This document shows positions 48,096 through 59,258 of a stretch of DNA of 64,000 bases, one piece after another. The notes beneath the pieces were generated by a model, which did not search any database, was not told where the DNA came from, and worked only from the letters and a program-made list of their open reading frames with translations. The stretch's first letter is position 1; the number at the start of each line of letters is the position of its first letter. The stretch is from Spirochaetia bacterium (lineage in GTDB: Bacteria; Spirochaetota; Spirochaetia; UBA9216), in assembly GCA_965140585.1 (NCBI GenBank), contig OZ223265.1, forward strand, positions 96,001 to 160,000. The letters run 5' to 3'. Both the position numbers and the translations under genes were made by a program.

Positions 48096-49355
48096 TTGAA
48101 AGTTCTAATTCTTGGATCAGGAGCCAGAGAACACGCAATTACCTGGAAATATTCCAACAGCAAGAGAATTTGCGGACTATTTATAGCTCCGGGAAACGCC
48201 GGTACTAATGAACTTGGAATGAATCTTCCGGATGTTGACCCGGAAAATGCCGAATCGGTAATACAGGCCTGCCGTGAAAATGATATTTCACATGTATTTG
48301 TTGGCCCGGAAGCCCCTCTGGCTGCCGGCATTGTTGACGAACTTGAAAAAGCAGGTATACCCGCTATCGGCCCTCACAAAGCAGCTTCAAAGCTTGAATC
48401 CAGTAAGATCTTTTCAAAGGATTTCATGAAATCCAACAAGATCCCGACTGCAGATGCAAAATCATTCAGTAACAGTGATAAATTCGAAAAATATATTAAA
48501 TCACTCAAGGGTCCTGCTGTTATCAAAAAAGACGGGCTTGCTTCCGGTAAAGGTGTTTTGGTTTCAGCAGATCATGAGGAGCTGATTGCCTTCGGTAAAG
48601 ATGTACTTGTGGGAGATATTCTTCTTGTAGAGGAATGCCTTGAAGGTTATGAGGTCTCAATATTTGCCCTGACTGACGGCAAAAATTACAAACTTCTACC
48701 CGTCTGCGCTGATTTTAAGCGTGCAGGTAACAATGATACCGGCCCCAACACCGGAGGTATGGGTGCTATCTGTCCAGTACCAATCATCAACTCTTCAATG
48801 CTTAAAGATATTGAAGAAAAAATTGTTGTACCAACCTTCAAGGGAATGGAAAAAGAAAAATTAAGCTATAAGGGAGTTCTTTACTTCGGTCTTATGATCA
48901 CTGAAAAGGGTCCCATGCTTCTTGAATATAACGTAAGATTCGGAGATCCTGAAACTCAGGTTCTGCTGCCGCTAATTGACTCAGATTTTGGAAATATTGC
49001 CGACGCCATTCTCAACGGATGGCTTGATGAATACAATATCAGGATTTCAAACAACTCCGCACTTGGAGTGGTTGTTGCCAGCGGCGGTTATCCTGGAGAT
49101 TACGAAACAGGAAAGCAGGTTAACCCTATCCCAAGCTATCCGGAAAAGGATGCACTTGTTTTTCATGCATCAACGACTGAAGATGAAAACGGTAAAGTTC
49201 TAACAGGCGGAGGAAGATGCTTCACATGTGTGGGCATCAGCAGTAACATTATCAAGGCAAATGCCAGGGCATACGAAGCTGTAAAGGGTGTTTCCTTTGA
49301 AGGTTCCTGGTACCGTAAAGACATAGGCAAGAAATTCTTTACCAACGATCAGTAA
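48096..49355 (+). CDS. purD: Phosphoribosylamine--glycine ligase
   Basis: GSGAREHA, GPEAPL, DGLASGKGV, GPNTGGMG, RFGDPE. Confidence 0.97.
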   Translation: MKVLILGSGAREHAITWKYSNSKRICGLFIAPGNAGTNELGMNLPDVDPENAESVIQACRENDISHVFVGPEAPLAAGIVDELEKAGIPAIGPHKAASKLESSKIFSKDFMKSNKIPTADAKSFSNSDKFEKYIKSLKGPAVIKKDGLASGKGVLVSADHEELIAFGKDVLVGDILLVEECLEGYEVSIFALTDGKNYKLLPVCADFKRAGNNDTGPNTGGMGAICPVPIINSSMLKDIEEKIVVPTFKGMEKEKLSYKGVLYFGLMITEKGPMLLEYNVRFGDPETQVLLPLIDSDFGNIADAILNGWLDEYNIRISNNSALGVVVASGGYPGDYETGKQVNPIPSYPEKDALVFHASTTEDENGKVLTGGGRCFTCVGISSNIIKANARAYEAVKGVSFEGSWYRKDIGKKFFTNDQ

Positions 49356-49369
49356 TCAGGAGTTTAGCA

Positions 49370-49768
49370 ATGAAAGATCTTTTATTCATAATAGGTTCAG
49401 AATCAGATAAATCTCAGATTGAACACGGCACTGCACTTGCAGAAGAAAAGGGACTCAGTTACGATTTGGTTGTATACTCTGCCCACAGGAATCTTCCTGA
49501 ACTCACAGCCTTTCTCGAAAAAGAAGAAGAAAATTACAGGGTAATAATAACTGCTGCCGGTCTTTCGGCTGCACTTCCCGGTGTTGTTGCCGCTATGGTA
49601 AAAAAACCTGTAATAGGTATTCCCCTTGTTTCAGGCGAGCTGTCCGGCATCGATGCCCTTCTTTCCATACTCCAGCTGCCCAAGGGAATTCCCTGTGCAA
49701 CAATGGGAATCGGCAAACAGGGAGTTTTAAACTCGGTGCATCTGGCAGAGAGAATGATTAACTGTTAA
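49370..49768 (+). CDS. purE: PurE family AIR carboxylase/mutase (short form)
   Basis: GSESD, SAHR, AGLSAALPG, PVIGIP, DALLSILQLPKG. Confidence 0.9.
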   Translation: MKDLLFIIGSESDKSQIEHGTALAEEKGLSYDLVVYSAHRNLPELTAFLEKEEENYRVIITAAGLSAALPGVVAAMVKKPVIGIPLVSGELSGIDALLSILQLPKGIPCATMGIGKQGVLNSVHLAERMINC

Positions 49769-49790
49769 TTTTATTTTGAATGATATCACA

Positions 49791-49832
49791 GGCTGACCGC
49801 ATATAATTTCGGGTCAGCTTTTTTTATTTTTT
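49791..49832 (+). terminator. Intrinsic terminator after the pur operon
   Basis: GCTGACC...GGTCAGC followed by a long T-run. Confidence 0.75.
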
Positions 49833-49851
49833 TACGATAAAAAATATCCGG

Positions 49852-50625
49852 TTAAGCCTGCTGCCTTCGGACCTCATACATAATAATTCCGGCTGCCACT
49901 GAAACATTCAGTGAATCAATATTACCTGAGGCTGGAATACTCACCAGAGCATCACATTTGTCAGCACAGAGTCGTGATATGCCCTTGCCTTCGCTGCCCA
50001 TAACTATAGCAACTCTGCCCTTGAAATCAGTTTTATTGATGCTCTGAGTTGCCATATCCGCACCGTACACCCAAAAGCCGTGTTCTTTGAGGTAATCTAT
50101 AGATCGGGAAAGGTTTGTAACTACACTGACAGGAACATAATTAACCGCTCCGGCCGAAGTTTTCGCAACGGTATCTGTTTCCGAAACTGAACGTCTGGCT
50201 GGAATAACAACAAGATCGGCACTGAACTGATCGGCACTTCTGAGAATAGCACCATAATTATGAGGATCAGTGATACCGTCGAGAATTAAAATCAGTGCAT
50301 TATCTGATGCGATACGGTCAACGACATCTTCAAAAAGCTGCTCAACTCCACCATGCCTGCCGGACTTACCCTCTGAACGGCCCTTTCCAAAGGAAGCAGT
50401 TTCACCGGCAGAGGTGTAAAGTTCAAGTACGACCCCTCTGTTATCTTCACCGAAACGCCTGTTCATATCAGCTGGAGAGAGGTTTTCAACTCTTATTCTA
50501 CTTCCTGCATTATTGATAATATTATTTATTCGGCTGTTTTTTCTAGAAATATAAAGGACGCCTTTGTTTTTTCCTGATCGGACCGCTTCCTCTATCCCAT
50601 GCAGGCCTGTAATAACTCTTTCCAA
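49852..50625 (-). CDS. rlmB: 23S rRNA (G2251-2'-O)-methyltransferase
   Basis: LDGITDPHNYGAILRSA, KTSAGA, MGSEGKG, SLNVSVAAG. Confidence 0.92.
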   Translation of the reverse strand: MERVITGLHGIEEAVRSGKNKGVLYISRKNSRINNIINNAGSRIRVENLSPADMNRRFGEDNRGVVLELYTSAGETASFGKGRSEGKSGRHGGVEQLFEDVVDRIASDNALILILDGITDPHNYGAILRSADQFSADLVVIPARRSVSETDTVAKTSAGAVNYVPVSVVTNLSRSIDYLKEHGFWVYGADMATQSINKTDFKGRVAIVMGSEGKGISRLCADKCDALVSIPASGNIDSLNVSVAAGIIMYEVRRQQA

Positions 50626-50627
50626 TC

Positions 50628-51050
50628 CTATTCCTCTACAAAGTCTTTCTTCACATCAACCACACCATCAAAGTCGGTATCTTTTTCATATCGCTGGATA
50701 TAAATACCATCAAGATATACCCAGATATCAACCTTGCCGTCATAGTTTGAATCTATTTCTCTCCGGGTCATCTTACCGCCGCTGTAAAAATAGAAATCAT
50801 CCATTTCGCCATCAGAATTGAAATCCATTTCCTCATAAATCTTTTTCTGATTTTCATCATAGCTGACCATATAATCAACAAGCCCGTTATAGTCCCGATC
50901 AATCTTTACTGACGATATTATTCCGGACTCACTTTCAACCCACTTGTCGGTAATACCGTCATTATTAAGGTCATCTTCCATGACAGAGGCGAAGCCGTTG
51001 AACACCGAAAAAAGCAGCATAACTGCAGTAAGAAAAGAAATTGTTTTCAT
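50628..51050 (-). CDS. Exported acidic protein with repeated DxNxDG motifs
   Basis: Signal peptide; DLNNDG, DRDYNG, DFNSDG, DSNYDG, DTDFDG. Confidence 0.8.
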   Translation of the reverse strand: MKTISFLTAVMLLFSVFNGFASVMEDDLNNDGITDKWVESESGIISSVKIDRDYNGLVDYMVSYDENQKKIYEEMDFNSDGEMDDFYFYSGGKMTRREIDSNYDGKVDIWVYLDGIYIQRYEKDTDFDGVVDVKKDFVEE

Positions 51051-51096
51051 CCTACAATTATCGGCTTATCGGCTTATTATCGTTACTTTGATTGTC

Positions 51097-52221
51097 TTAT
51101 AAATCTGAAAGTGCTATCGGCTCTGGACTTGAATCTTCTCCCTGAACAGATGCAAACTGTTTCAGAAGATCCTTTGCCTGCGAACCGAGCTTGGCAGGGG
51201 TTTGTACAATTATTTTTATATACATGTCACCCTTCCTACTTTTATTCTGAACGTAGGGTATACCTTCATTCTTAAGTCTGAGCATTTTACCAGTCTGTGT
51301 TCCTGCAGGAATTTTTAGTTTTATTCTCTTTTCTTCAAGATTTTTAACAAAAACTTCAGCGCCAAGAGCTGCCTGAGTAAAGGTAATGGGAAGCGCACAG
51401 TAAACGTTGTTTGCATCCCTCTCAAAATACTTATGCGGCTTTATCTTAATATACACATAGAGGTCTCCTGTTCTGCCGCCGTTAGGAGCCGCATCACCCT
51501 GACCTGGAATTGATATCCTTTTGCCGTTTTCAATTCCCGCCGGGATTGTAACCTTTATTTTCTGAGTCTTTCTTGAAAGTCCGCTTCCGTGACAGGCAGT
51601 ACAGGGATTTTCAATAATATGCCCTTCACCGCCGCAGGTATGACATGGAGAAGCGATAGAAAAGAAACCGGAATTTCTCCGGACCTGACCGGTACCACCG
51701 CATGTTGGACAGACCTTTCTGCCGGTTCCTGCTGCCGCACCTGAACCGCTGCAGGTCTTACAGGCAACATCCCTTGTATAACTGATTTCGACATTTGTAC
51801 CGAATACAGCATCCTTGAAAGATATTTCGAGATTATACCTGAGATCAGAGCCCCTGGGTACACCACCTCCGCCGCTGCGGCTTCTGCCGCCTCCGCCGAA
51901 GAAGGAATCAAATATACCGCCCATTCCGCCGAAAATGTCTTCAAAATCATGAAAAACTGTCGAGTAGTCATGACCGCCTCCGGGACTGTTAACCCCGTCA
52001 ACACCGGCAAACCCGAACTGGTCATAAGCTGCCTTTTTCTTGTCATCACTCAGAACTTCATAAGCTTCGGTCGCTTCTTTGAATTTCTCTTCAGCTTCTG
52101 CATTTCCTGCATTTTTATCAGGATGAAACTGTATTGCAAGTTTTCTGTATGCCTTTTTAATTTCATCTTTACTTGAGCTCTTGTCTACTCCAAGAACCTC
52201 ATAATAATCTCTCTTTGCCAA
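51097..52221 (-). CDS. dnaJ: Chaperone DnaJ
   Basis: HPD J-domain, G/F region, four CxxCxGxG repeats. Confidence 0.98.
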   Translation of the reverse strand: MAKRDYYEVLGVDKSSSKDEIKKAYRKLAIQFHPDKNAGNAEAEEKFKEATEAYEVLSDDKKKAAYDQFGFAGVDGVNSPGGGHDYSTVFHDFEDIFGGMGGIFDSFFGGGGRSRSGGGGVPRGSDLRYNLEISFKDAVFGTNVEISYTRDVACKTCSGSGAAAGTGRKVCPTCGGTGQVRRNSGFFSIASPCHTCGGEGHIIENPCTACHGSGLSRKTQKIKVTIPAGIENGKRISIPGQGDAAPNGGRTGDLYVYIKIKPHKYFERDANNVYCALPITFTQAALGAEVFVKNLEEKRIKLKIPAGTQTGKMLRLKNEGIPYVQNKSRKGDMYIKIIVQTPAKLGSQAKDLLKQFASVQGEDSSPEPIALSDL

Positions 52222-52269
52222 ATTACTAACCCTGTACTGATGCTGATTGTTCTAGCTCATATTGCAGTA

Positions 52270-52301
52270 AAGCGCAAATCCCCGAAACGGGGATTGCGCT
52301 T
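52270..52301 (-). terminator. Stable hairpin between dnaK and dnaJ
   Basis: AAGCGCAAATCCCCG-aaa-CGGGGATTGCGCTT. Confidence 0.6.
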
Positions 52302-52335
52302 GATATTTGAATATATAGTTTCTGATGTAAAATTA

Positions 52336-54270
52336 TTATTTACTATCCTCATCATCTACAACTTCAAAATCTACATCATCTACACTGCCGCTCTTGGGAG
52401 CTTCATCCTGCGCCTGCTGAGCACCTGCTTCTGCACCCGGGGCAGCTTCACCCTGCTGTGCCTGAGCACCTGCAGCTTTATAAATCTCTTCAGCAAGTTT
52501 GTGTGATGCAGTTTTAAGGGCTTCAACCTTTTCCTTCATCTGCTCCACATCACCGGCTGAAAGAGCAGCTTTCAGCTCTTCAAGTGCTTTTTCAATATTA
52601 GCCTTATCTTCATCTGTTACCTTGTCACCGTAATCCTTCAGTGATTTTTCTGTTGAATAAACAAGTGTCTCAGCTTCATTTTTGACTTCAGCTTTTTCTT
52701 TCTCTTTCTTGTCTGCTTCTGCATTCAGCTCAGCATCCTTAACCATTTTCTCAATTTCAGCCTCTGAGAGTCCTGATGAAGATTCAATTCTAATCTTCTG
52801 CTCTTTACCGGTTCCAAGATCCTTTGCAGATACGTGTACAATACCGTTTGCATCAATATCAAAGGCAACTTCAATCTGAGGAACGCCTCTTGGAGCTGAC
52901 GGAATACCTACCAGGTCAAACTTACCGAGAGTTCTATTCTGTGCAGCCATTTCACGCTCACCCTGAAGTACGTGTATTGATACTGCGGTCTGATTATCTG
53001 CTGCTGTTGAGAAAATCTGACTCTTTCTTGTAGGAATAGTAGTATTCCTTTCAATCAGCTTTGTTGAGACTCCGCCAAGAGTTTCAATACCAAGTGAAAG
53101 CGGAGTAACATCAAGAAGAAGAACATCTTTAACATCACCGCCGAGAATACCGCCCTGAATTGCAGCACCCATTGCTACAACTTCATCAGGATTAACTCCC
53201 CTGTTAGGTTCTTTACCGAAAATCTGTTTAACCATTTCCTGAACAGCAGGGATACGTGTAGAACCGCCTACAAGGATAACCTCATCAATTTCAGAAGCTG
53301 AAAGACCTGCATCCTTGATTGCATTAATACACGGCTGCTTTGTCCTTTCAACAAGCGATAAAGTCATCTGATCAAACTGTGCTCTGGACAGGTTGTACTG
53401 AAGGTGCTTGGGACCTGATGCATCCGCTGTAATGAACGGAAGGTTGATATCTGTACTCTGTCTTGAAGAGAGCTCAATTTTAGCCTTCTCGGCTGCCTCT
53501 TTAAGCCTCTGAAGCGCCATTTTATCCTTTGAAAGGTCAATAGACTGATCTTTTTTGAAAGAATCAATAAGCCAGTCAATAACTGCCTGGTCGAAGTTAT
53601 CACCGCCAAGATGTGTATCACCGTTGGTTGATTTAACTTCAAAAACACCGTCACCGAGTTCAAGAATTGAAATATCAAAAGTACCGCCGCCAAGGTCGTA
53701 TACTGCTATTTTCTCATCTTTGGTTTCACGCCCGAGTCCGTATGCAAGTGAAGCTGCAGTTGGTTCGTTAACAATCCTCTTAACCTCAAGACCTGCAATC
53801 TTACCGGCATCCTTTGTAGCCTGTCTCTGTGCATCATTAAAATATGCTGGAACAGTAATAACTGCTTCACTTACAGTTTCACCAAGGTAGTCTTCAGCTG
53901 TTTTCTTCATCTTCTGAAGAATTGCAGCAGAAATCTCAGGCGGTGAATAATGTTTACCTCTTGAGTCAACACGGATTTCACCGCTTGAACCTTCAACAAG
54001 ATTGTAAGGAATCATTTTAACTTCAGAGGGGACCTCTGAATATTTCCTTCCCATAAACCGTTTGATAGAGTAAATAGTATTTTCAGGGTTTGTAACCATC
54101 TGGTTTTTAGCCGGCTGACCAACGAGTCTTTCTTCCTTATCGGTGAAAGCTACAATAGAGGGGGTTGTCCTCTGACCTTCTGAGTTCTGAATTACTACAG
54201 GCTCACCGCCTTCCATTACTGCAACACATGAATTAGTTGTTCCAAGGTCTATTCCGATTATTCTTCCCAT
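52336..54270 (-). CDS. dnaK: Chaperone DnaK
   Basis: [34 protein letters not shown]. Confidence 0.99.
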   Translation of the reverse strand: MGRIIGIDLGTTNSCVAVMEGGEPVVIQNSEGQRTTPSIVAFTDKEERLVGQPAKNQMVTNPENTIYSIKRFMGRKYSEVPSEVKMIPYNLVEGSSGEIRVDSRGKHYSPPEISAAILQKMKKTAEDYLGETVSEAVITVPAYFNDAQRQATKDAGKIAGLEVKRIVNEPTAASLAYGLGRETKDEKIAVYDLGGGTFDISILELGDGVFEVKSTNGDTHLGGDNFDQAVIDWLIDSFKKDQSIDLSKDKMALQRLKEAAEKAKIELSSRQSTDINLPFITADASGPKHLQYNLSRAQFDQMTLSLVERTKQPCINAIKDAGLSASEIDEVILVGGSTRIPAVQEMVKQIFGKEPNRGVNPDEVVAMGAAIQGGILGGDVKDVLLLDVTPLSLGIETLGGVSTKLIERNTTIPTRKSQIFSTAADNQTAVSIHVLQGEREMAAQNRTLGKFDLVGIPSAPRGVPQIEVAFDIDANGIVHVSAKDLGTGKEQKIRIESSSGLSEAEIEKMVKDAELNAEADKKEKEKAEVKNEAETLVYSTEKSLKDYGDKVTDEDKANIEKALEELKAALSAGDVEQMKEKVEALKTASHKLAEEIYKAAGAQAQQGEAAPGAEAGAQQAQDEAPKSGSVDDVDFEVVDDEDSK

Positions 54271-54298
54271 ATTATTATCTCCTTTTTAGGTGCTTTTC

Positions 54299-54961
54299 TT
54301 ATTCAGTTTGTTTTTCAACAGGTTTACTAACCTTAACTTTAGCATGCCGTACAACACGGTCATGAAGGGTGTATCCTTTCATATAATCTTCAAGAACAGT
54401 CTGAGTATCATAATCACCGTTCTCTTCCATCATAAGAGCTTCATGCCTTTCCGGATTGAACTCTTCACCGGCACTGTCGAAGCGTTTCAGGCCCCAGTTC
54501 GATTCAAGCATTCCAACCATCTGTTTTTCAATGATTTCAATACCGCTGTACAGTTTTTCAAAATCTTCAGATTCTTTACCTGACTGCAAAGCCCTCTCAA
54601 AATCATCAATAACAGAGATTAGATCAATCAGAAGCTGCGAATTAGCATAACGAATTGAATCTTCCTTATCCCGGATCATTCTCTTGCGAAAATTATCAAA
54701 ATCAGCCTGCTTTCGCAGATACTGGTCTTTTAACTCCGCAAGATCAGCATCCAGCTTCTCATTAGCAGCTTTCAGCTCTTCTAATTCCTTATCATGCTTC
54801 TTTTTTGATTTAGAAGCGCTTTTCTTCTCATCACCAGACTTTACTTCTTCTGATGCTGTTTCCGGCCCCTCAGTACCGGCCGTAGTCACATCCGCATCGG
54901 CTGCAGTATTTTCTTCTTTTACCTCTTTTTCAGCCTCTGCCTGTTCACTCTTTTCCGCCAT
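54299..54961 (-). CDS. grpE: Nucleotide exchange factor GrpE
   Basis: ADFDNFRKR, DDFERAL, FNPERHEA, KGYTLHDRVVRHAKV. Confidence 0.96.
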   Translation of the reverse strand: MAEKSEQAEAEKEVKEENTAADADVTTAGTEGPETASEEVKSGDEKKSASKSKKKHDKELEELKAANEKLDADLAELKDQYLRKQADFDNFRKRMIRDKEDSIRYANSQLLIDLISVIDDFERALQSGKESEDFEKLYSGIEIIEKQMVGMLESNWGLKRFDSAGEEFNPERHEALMMEENGDYDTQTVLEDYMKGYTLHDRVVRHAKVKVSKPVEKQTE

Positions 54962-55072
54962 ATATATCCTCTAACCGTACATATAGAGAACCCCTGTCAG
55001 TTTCTGATAGAGATTCTCATTAAATTAGCAAATCCTTGTCTATAAAATAATAATACCGTATGTAGGCGTCAA

Positions 55073-58000
55073 CTATTTTTTGGGCTGAAGTTCAAGAATG
55101 AGTTCAACTTCTCCCCTGGCAAGCTTGGTAGAACGTGCAATCTGCTCTACTGTCCAGCCCTGATGTGCAAGTTTTATAACTACATCCCTGATTTCCATGG
55201 GAGGAGCCCCACCTCCGCGTGTTTTTGAAGCAGAATCCTTCACAAGAGTGCCCAGAAGCCTTACCTGATCCTGAGCCTGCTTGTTTACATCCTCAAGCCT
55301 TGTCTCTATTCCGGCAAGCCATTCGCGGGCCTTCTGCATTCGATCCATCCTGTCTTCAAGATCGGAAATAACAGTATCTATACCTTCAATCTGCTCTATG
55401 GCAGTATCTATCTGTTTCTTGTTCTTTGATAGGAAATCAATTCTCCGGGTAAGTTCATCGAGTCTTGATGACATAGGCGAACTCTTTTCCTGGATAACGC
55501 TTATCAGATGGTCCAGCTCATTAAGCTGTTTGAAGCTTCTGTCAACACCGTCGATAGTTGAATCAACGATAGATTCTTTCTTCTTGAGTCGCTCATAACG
55601 GCCTTCAACCTCTGACTGCAGACCATCAAGTTCCCTCAGTTTTGCCTGTATAAGCTGCAGCGAATCATCGGCAGTAGTAACCTGTGCAAGTTTTGAGTCA
55701 ACCGACTGACTTATTGAAAGGAGCTTTGTAAAATCTTCATCAAGCTCTTCAATTTTACGCTTATCAGCTGCAAATTTGGCCATTTTTGCTGATATATCAT
55801 CAGCCTGTTTTTTAATAAGTGCAAATTTCTTCTCAGCTTCTCTTATTTCCTGAGCTTGGTTGGTCACACGGAGGATTTCATCCTTCAGAGCATCAATACC
55901 ACCCTCAAGAGATTCCTTCATTGAATCAGCACGCTCAAAGATTTTTGTCTGTGCAATAAAACTTTTCTGCTGTTTATCAATTTCGGAAACAGTAAAGGAC
56001 AGTTCTTTTGTCTGTTCATCTATCTTTTCATACATCCGCTTGGTTGCAAGGGTAAAATTCTCACTTATTTCAGAAGATCTCTCCTCAAAAGTTCTCATCT
56101 GCTGCTCAAGTTCATTCTGAAATTCACGGCTGCGTTTCTGAATGTCCGTTGAAACATTATCAAACTCATCTCTTTGAGTCGAAAGGGCCTCGCGGATTTC
56201 AGATATCCGTTCAGATGATTCAGAACGCATACCGGCATACTGCTCGAGAATACCGTTCTCGATATCCTGAATCTGCCGCAACAGCCTGGACTGCCACAAC
56301 TCAAGTTCTGCCTTCCGGGCTTCGACAGACTCGCTGAGTTTTTCTGTTTCGGCAGACATAGCCGCTTCAACACTGCTTAAATTCTCCTCAGCTTCCCGTC
56401 TTACACGGTTCATGCCTTCATTAAGTGAATCGCGGACCTTGTCCATTTCGGCGGCGATAAGCTCTTCAGATTCTCTTCTGCCGCTTTCCATCTGATTCTG
56501 GATATCAGCCTTTGAACGCTCAACAAGCTCGTCCACAGATCCCATCTTTGCGCTGATGGTATCCGCGTATTCTAAAAGCTGATGTTCATAGCCCCTGAAC
56601 CGTTCTGCAGTACTCTCACGAAGACCGGCAACTCCGGCAGCAAGCTCTTCAACATACTCGGCTTCCATAGATGAGCGTGCGGCAGAATGTTCCTGTGCAA
56701 GAGTTTCCAGCTTTTCATTAATAGACTCCTGCCATTCTGTAAACTGTGTGGTCATCTGGCTGCTGCGCTGACGCAGATCATCAAAAAAGCCGTCTTCAAA
56801 TTCTCGCAGACCGGCTGAAACATTATCGTAGGCACGGGTCTTGAGCTCGTTTATCTCCTGTTCAAGAGCATTTATAACTTCTCTGGTCTGAGCAACCTGA
56901 TCTTTAATTTCACGCTCACTGCCGCTCCAGAAAGATTCCATCTGCCGTTGTATGCCGGTAAAGTTCTCATTTACCGCATCAACAGATTTATCAACCATCA
57001 GCTTGAGGTTCTGTTCAAGGGTATCAATATCAGAGGTAACATCCTCAATCCTGGAAAGTTTATAGGCTAGAGATTCCTCAAAATCAGTAAGCTGCTTTTC
57101 CTTCTCCCCTACGAGAGATATGAGCTCATCCATCCTGCCGTTGAATTTACTGCTTAATTCTGTACTGCGGTCATCAACTGAAGCAAGAAATCCCGTTCTG
57201 ACCTCTTCCAGTCTGCTATCCAGCGACTTCCGGTAGGAAGCTGCTGTATTTTCAATACTCTGGGCCATCTTCTCATAACGGGAATTTACCTCGTCCGACA
57301 TATCCTGATCTTTGGCAAGAAGTTCCTGAATCTGAGCCTCAATTTCAGTTTTAAATGAATTGAACTGCTGTGAAGCAGCCTCAGCGCCGTCATCAAACTC
57401 TTTCTTAAGTTTAGCCTTCCAGACTGCAATCTGAGACTGACCTTCTCCAAATGAAGATTCAATATGATTCTTGTATACAACAGTTTCTTTTTTTATAGAC
57501 TCAAGAGAAGCAGTAATATCTTTTCTTGCATCATTTGCCTTGGAATCGATATAGGTTTTAAGACTGATAAATACATCATCTTCGAGCTTCTTGGCTTTTT
57601 CTGCAGCGTCCTTGAGGTTTTTCTGGTACTCTTCTTCAAGAGTATTAACATTATCCTTAAAATCAACAAGTTTATTATTCAGCAGCTCTCCAATCTGATC
57701 GATGTGAGTCCTGAATTTCTGTTCGGAAGCTTCCAGCTGATGATTGATATCACTTTTCTTTTTGTCGGCCGATTCGATATACCCTTCCAGAGTAGTAGAG
57801 AAGTCATGCATTATGGTTTTTACCTGTTCATCCGTGTCGGAAAGGACTTTGTCAAGCTTCATATCAACCTGACTCATCACCTCTTCTGCGGCATTATCCC
57901 GTCGGTTCTCAAGATCAGTCATATAAGCACTGAATTCATCAACACGATCCGAACTGCGGTCAACATTGTCCATAATAGAGGAAATTTGACGCTCCACTCC

Positions 58001-58522
58001 TGCCATTACTTCAATTCGAAGCTGTTCCAGAGATTTTTCATTTTCCACTGCGAATTTACTGTTCAGTTCAGGTATATTTTTTTCAAGCTGACTGACCCGA
58101 ATCTGAGCGTCTTTCAGCCTTTTTCCTACCTTATCAACAAATTCAGACTCCTGATGAAGCCGCTGCAGGTTTTCATCCACCTTTCCGGTCATTCCGATCA
58201 GCTGGTTGAGAACCTTGTCGTATTCATTAATTCTGTTATTTATTTCGTCGATTGTACGGGCCTTATCACTGAAACCGTCTTCAACAGCCTTGATTCGTTT
58301 AAGCACTTCCTTTCCGGCTTTCTGATGAACATCTATCTCTATTGCAAGGTTTTTCATATCCTGAGTTTTTGAATCCACAAAGGAATCGAGATCTGAAGTA
58401 ACCTTTTCAGCATATCTTCTAATCTTATCAAGAGATCTGTTATTTCTGTCGAATTGCCTGTAAAGCGCAAGTATAGTCAATACTATAAGTATTGTGATTA
58501 TGTTACCGATTGAGAATAACAT
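55073..58522 (-). CDS. Membrane-anchored long coiled-coil protein (SpiroCoCo-like) with a C-terminal HTH
   Basis: N-terminal TM then RQFDRNNRSLDKIRRY, about 1000 aa of coiled coil, C-terminal QGWTVEQIARSTKLARGEVELILE. Confidence 0.85.
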   Translation of the reverse strand: MLFSIGNIITILIVLTILALYRQFDRNNRSLDKIRRYAEKVTSDLDSFVDSKTQDMKNLAIEIDVHQKAGKEVLKRIKAVEDGFSDKARTIDEINNRINEYDKVLNQLIGMTGKVDENLQRLHQESEFVDKVGKRLKDAQIRVSQLEKNIPELNSKFAVENEKSLEQLRIEVMAGVERQISSIMDNVDRSSDRVDEFSAYMTDLENRRDNAAEEVMSQVDMKLDKVLSDTDEQVKTIMHDFSTTLEGYIESADKKKSDINHQLEASEQKFRTHIDQIGELLNNKLVDFKDNVNTLEEEYQKNLKDAAEKAKKLEDDVFISLKTYIDSKANDARKDITASLESIKKETVVYKNHIESSFGEGQSQIAVWKAKLKKEFDDGAEAASQQFNSFKTEIEAQIQELLAKDQDMSDEVNSRYEKMAQSIENTAASYRKSLDSRLEEVRTGFLASVDDRSTELSSKFNGRMDELISLVGEKEKQLTDFEESLAYKLSRIEDVTSDIDTLEQNLKLMVDKSVDAVNENFTGIQRQMESFWSGSEREIKDQVAQTREVINALEQEINELKTRAYDNVSAGLREFEDGFFDDLRQRSSQMTTQFTEWQESINEKLETLAQEHSAARSSMEAEYVEELAAGVAGLRESTAERFRGYEHQLLEYADTISAKMGSVDELVERSKADIQNQMESGRRESEELIAAEMDKVRDSLNEGMNRVRREAEENLSSVEAAMSAETEKLSESVEARKAELELWQSRLLRQIQDIENGILEQYAGMRSESSERISEIREALSTQRDEFDNVSTDIQKRSREFQNELEQQMRTFEERSSEISENFTLATKRMYEKIDEQTKELSFTVSEIDKQQKSFIAQTKIFERADSMKESLEGGIDALKDEILRVTNQAQEIREAEKKFALIKKQADDISAKMAKFAADKRKIEELDEDFTKLLSISQSVDSKLAQVTTADDSLQLIQAKLRELDGLQSEVEGRYERLKKKESIVDSTIDGVDRSFKQLNELDHLISVIQEKSSPMSSRLDELTRRIDFLSKNKKQIDTAIEQIEGIDTVISDLEDRMDRMQKAREWLAGIETRLEDVNKQAQDQVRLLGTLVKDSASKTRGGGAPPMEIRDVVIKLAHQGWTVEQIARSTKLARGEVELILELQPKK

Positions 58523-58585
58523 AGCCCCCCCAGTTTTTTGCTATATTTCTCTATTTTTTAATCTTCTACCAGTTTAGCATTATTG

Positions 58586-59248
58586 TCAACGTTTTTCCAG
58601 CCGGCACAGGTATTGATATAGTTCGCTGTATCTCCCGAAAGTTATATCAGCAATAGAGTTATCTTTCTTTTTCAAACTGAAATGTGCTGTCTTCATCCCA
58701 ACCGCTGCGGCACCTTCAACATCCTTGCTGTATGAGTTTCCGACATAAAGAATTTCTTCCGGTTTTACACCCAGCCTCTCTGCCAGAAGAAGAAAGGATT
58801 CGGGATGAGGCTTCAGGTAGCCGGTTTCCTCTGAAGTAAATTCACAGTCCCAGTAACCGTCAAGCCCGAGATATTTAAGCTTATTCTGAACCGGAAAATC
58901 AGAGAGTGCACCAAGGCCCAGACCAAGCTCCTTAATTTTTTCAAGAGTCTGTCTAACACCCTTAACAGGTCTTATGCATTTGAAGGTCTCTTCCCAGTCT
59001 TTGTAAAGGCGCTTCTCAATCATTGCTTCAACTCGATCTTCAGGTATTCCCATCGAAGCGGAGATTAGCGATGTCTGAACCTTCCGGAAATCATCAATCG
59101 GTCTGATATTCCTGATTTCTTTGCGGGCCTTACTGAAGTGAGAGACAAGTACAGGGTGCTTGATAAATGACGGTGTGCTGCATATATACATCATCATATT
59201 TCGATACAGAGTACCGTCTATGTCGAATCCGACTGCTTTAATTTCCAT
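58586..59248 (-). CDS. HAD superfamily hydrolase
   Basis: FDIDGTLY, LSD, KP, YVGNSYSKD. Confidence 0.9.
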   Translation of the reverse strand: MEIKAVGFDIDGTLYRNMMMYICSTPSFIKHPVLVSHFSKARKEIRNIRPIDDFRKVQTSLISASMGIPEDRVEAMIEKRLYKDWEETFKCIRPVKGVRQTLEKIKELGLGLGALSDFPVQNKLKYLGLDGYWDCEFTSEETGYLKPHPESFLLLAERLGVKPEEILYVGNSYSKDVEGAAAVGMKTAHFSLKKKDNSIADITFGRYSELYQYLCRLEKR

Positions 59249-59258
59249 GGGGCTTATT

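Noticed and set aside
55021-55050. CIRCE element (TTAGCA half-site)
   Set aside because: The match stops after 6 nt and there is no second arm.
57464-58372. 302-aa plus-strand ORF
   Set aside because: Phe/Ile/Leu-rich antisense shadow of the Glu/Lys/Asp-rich coiled-coil gene.
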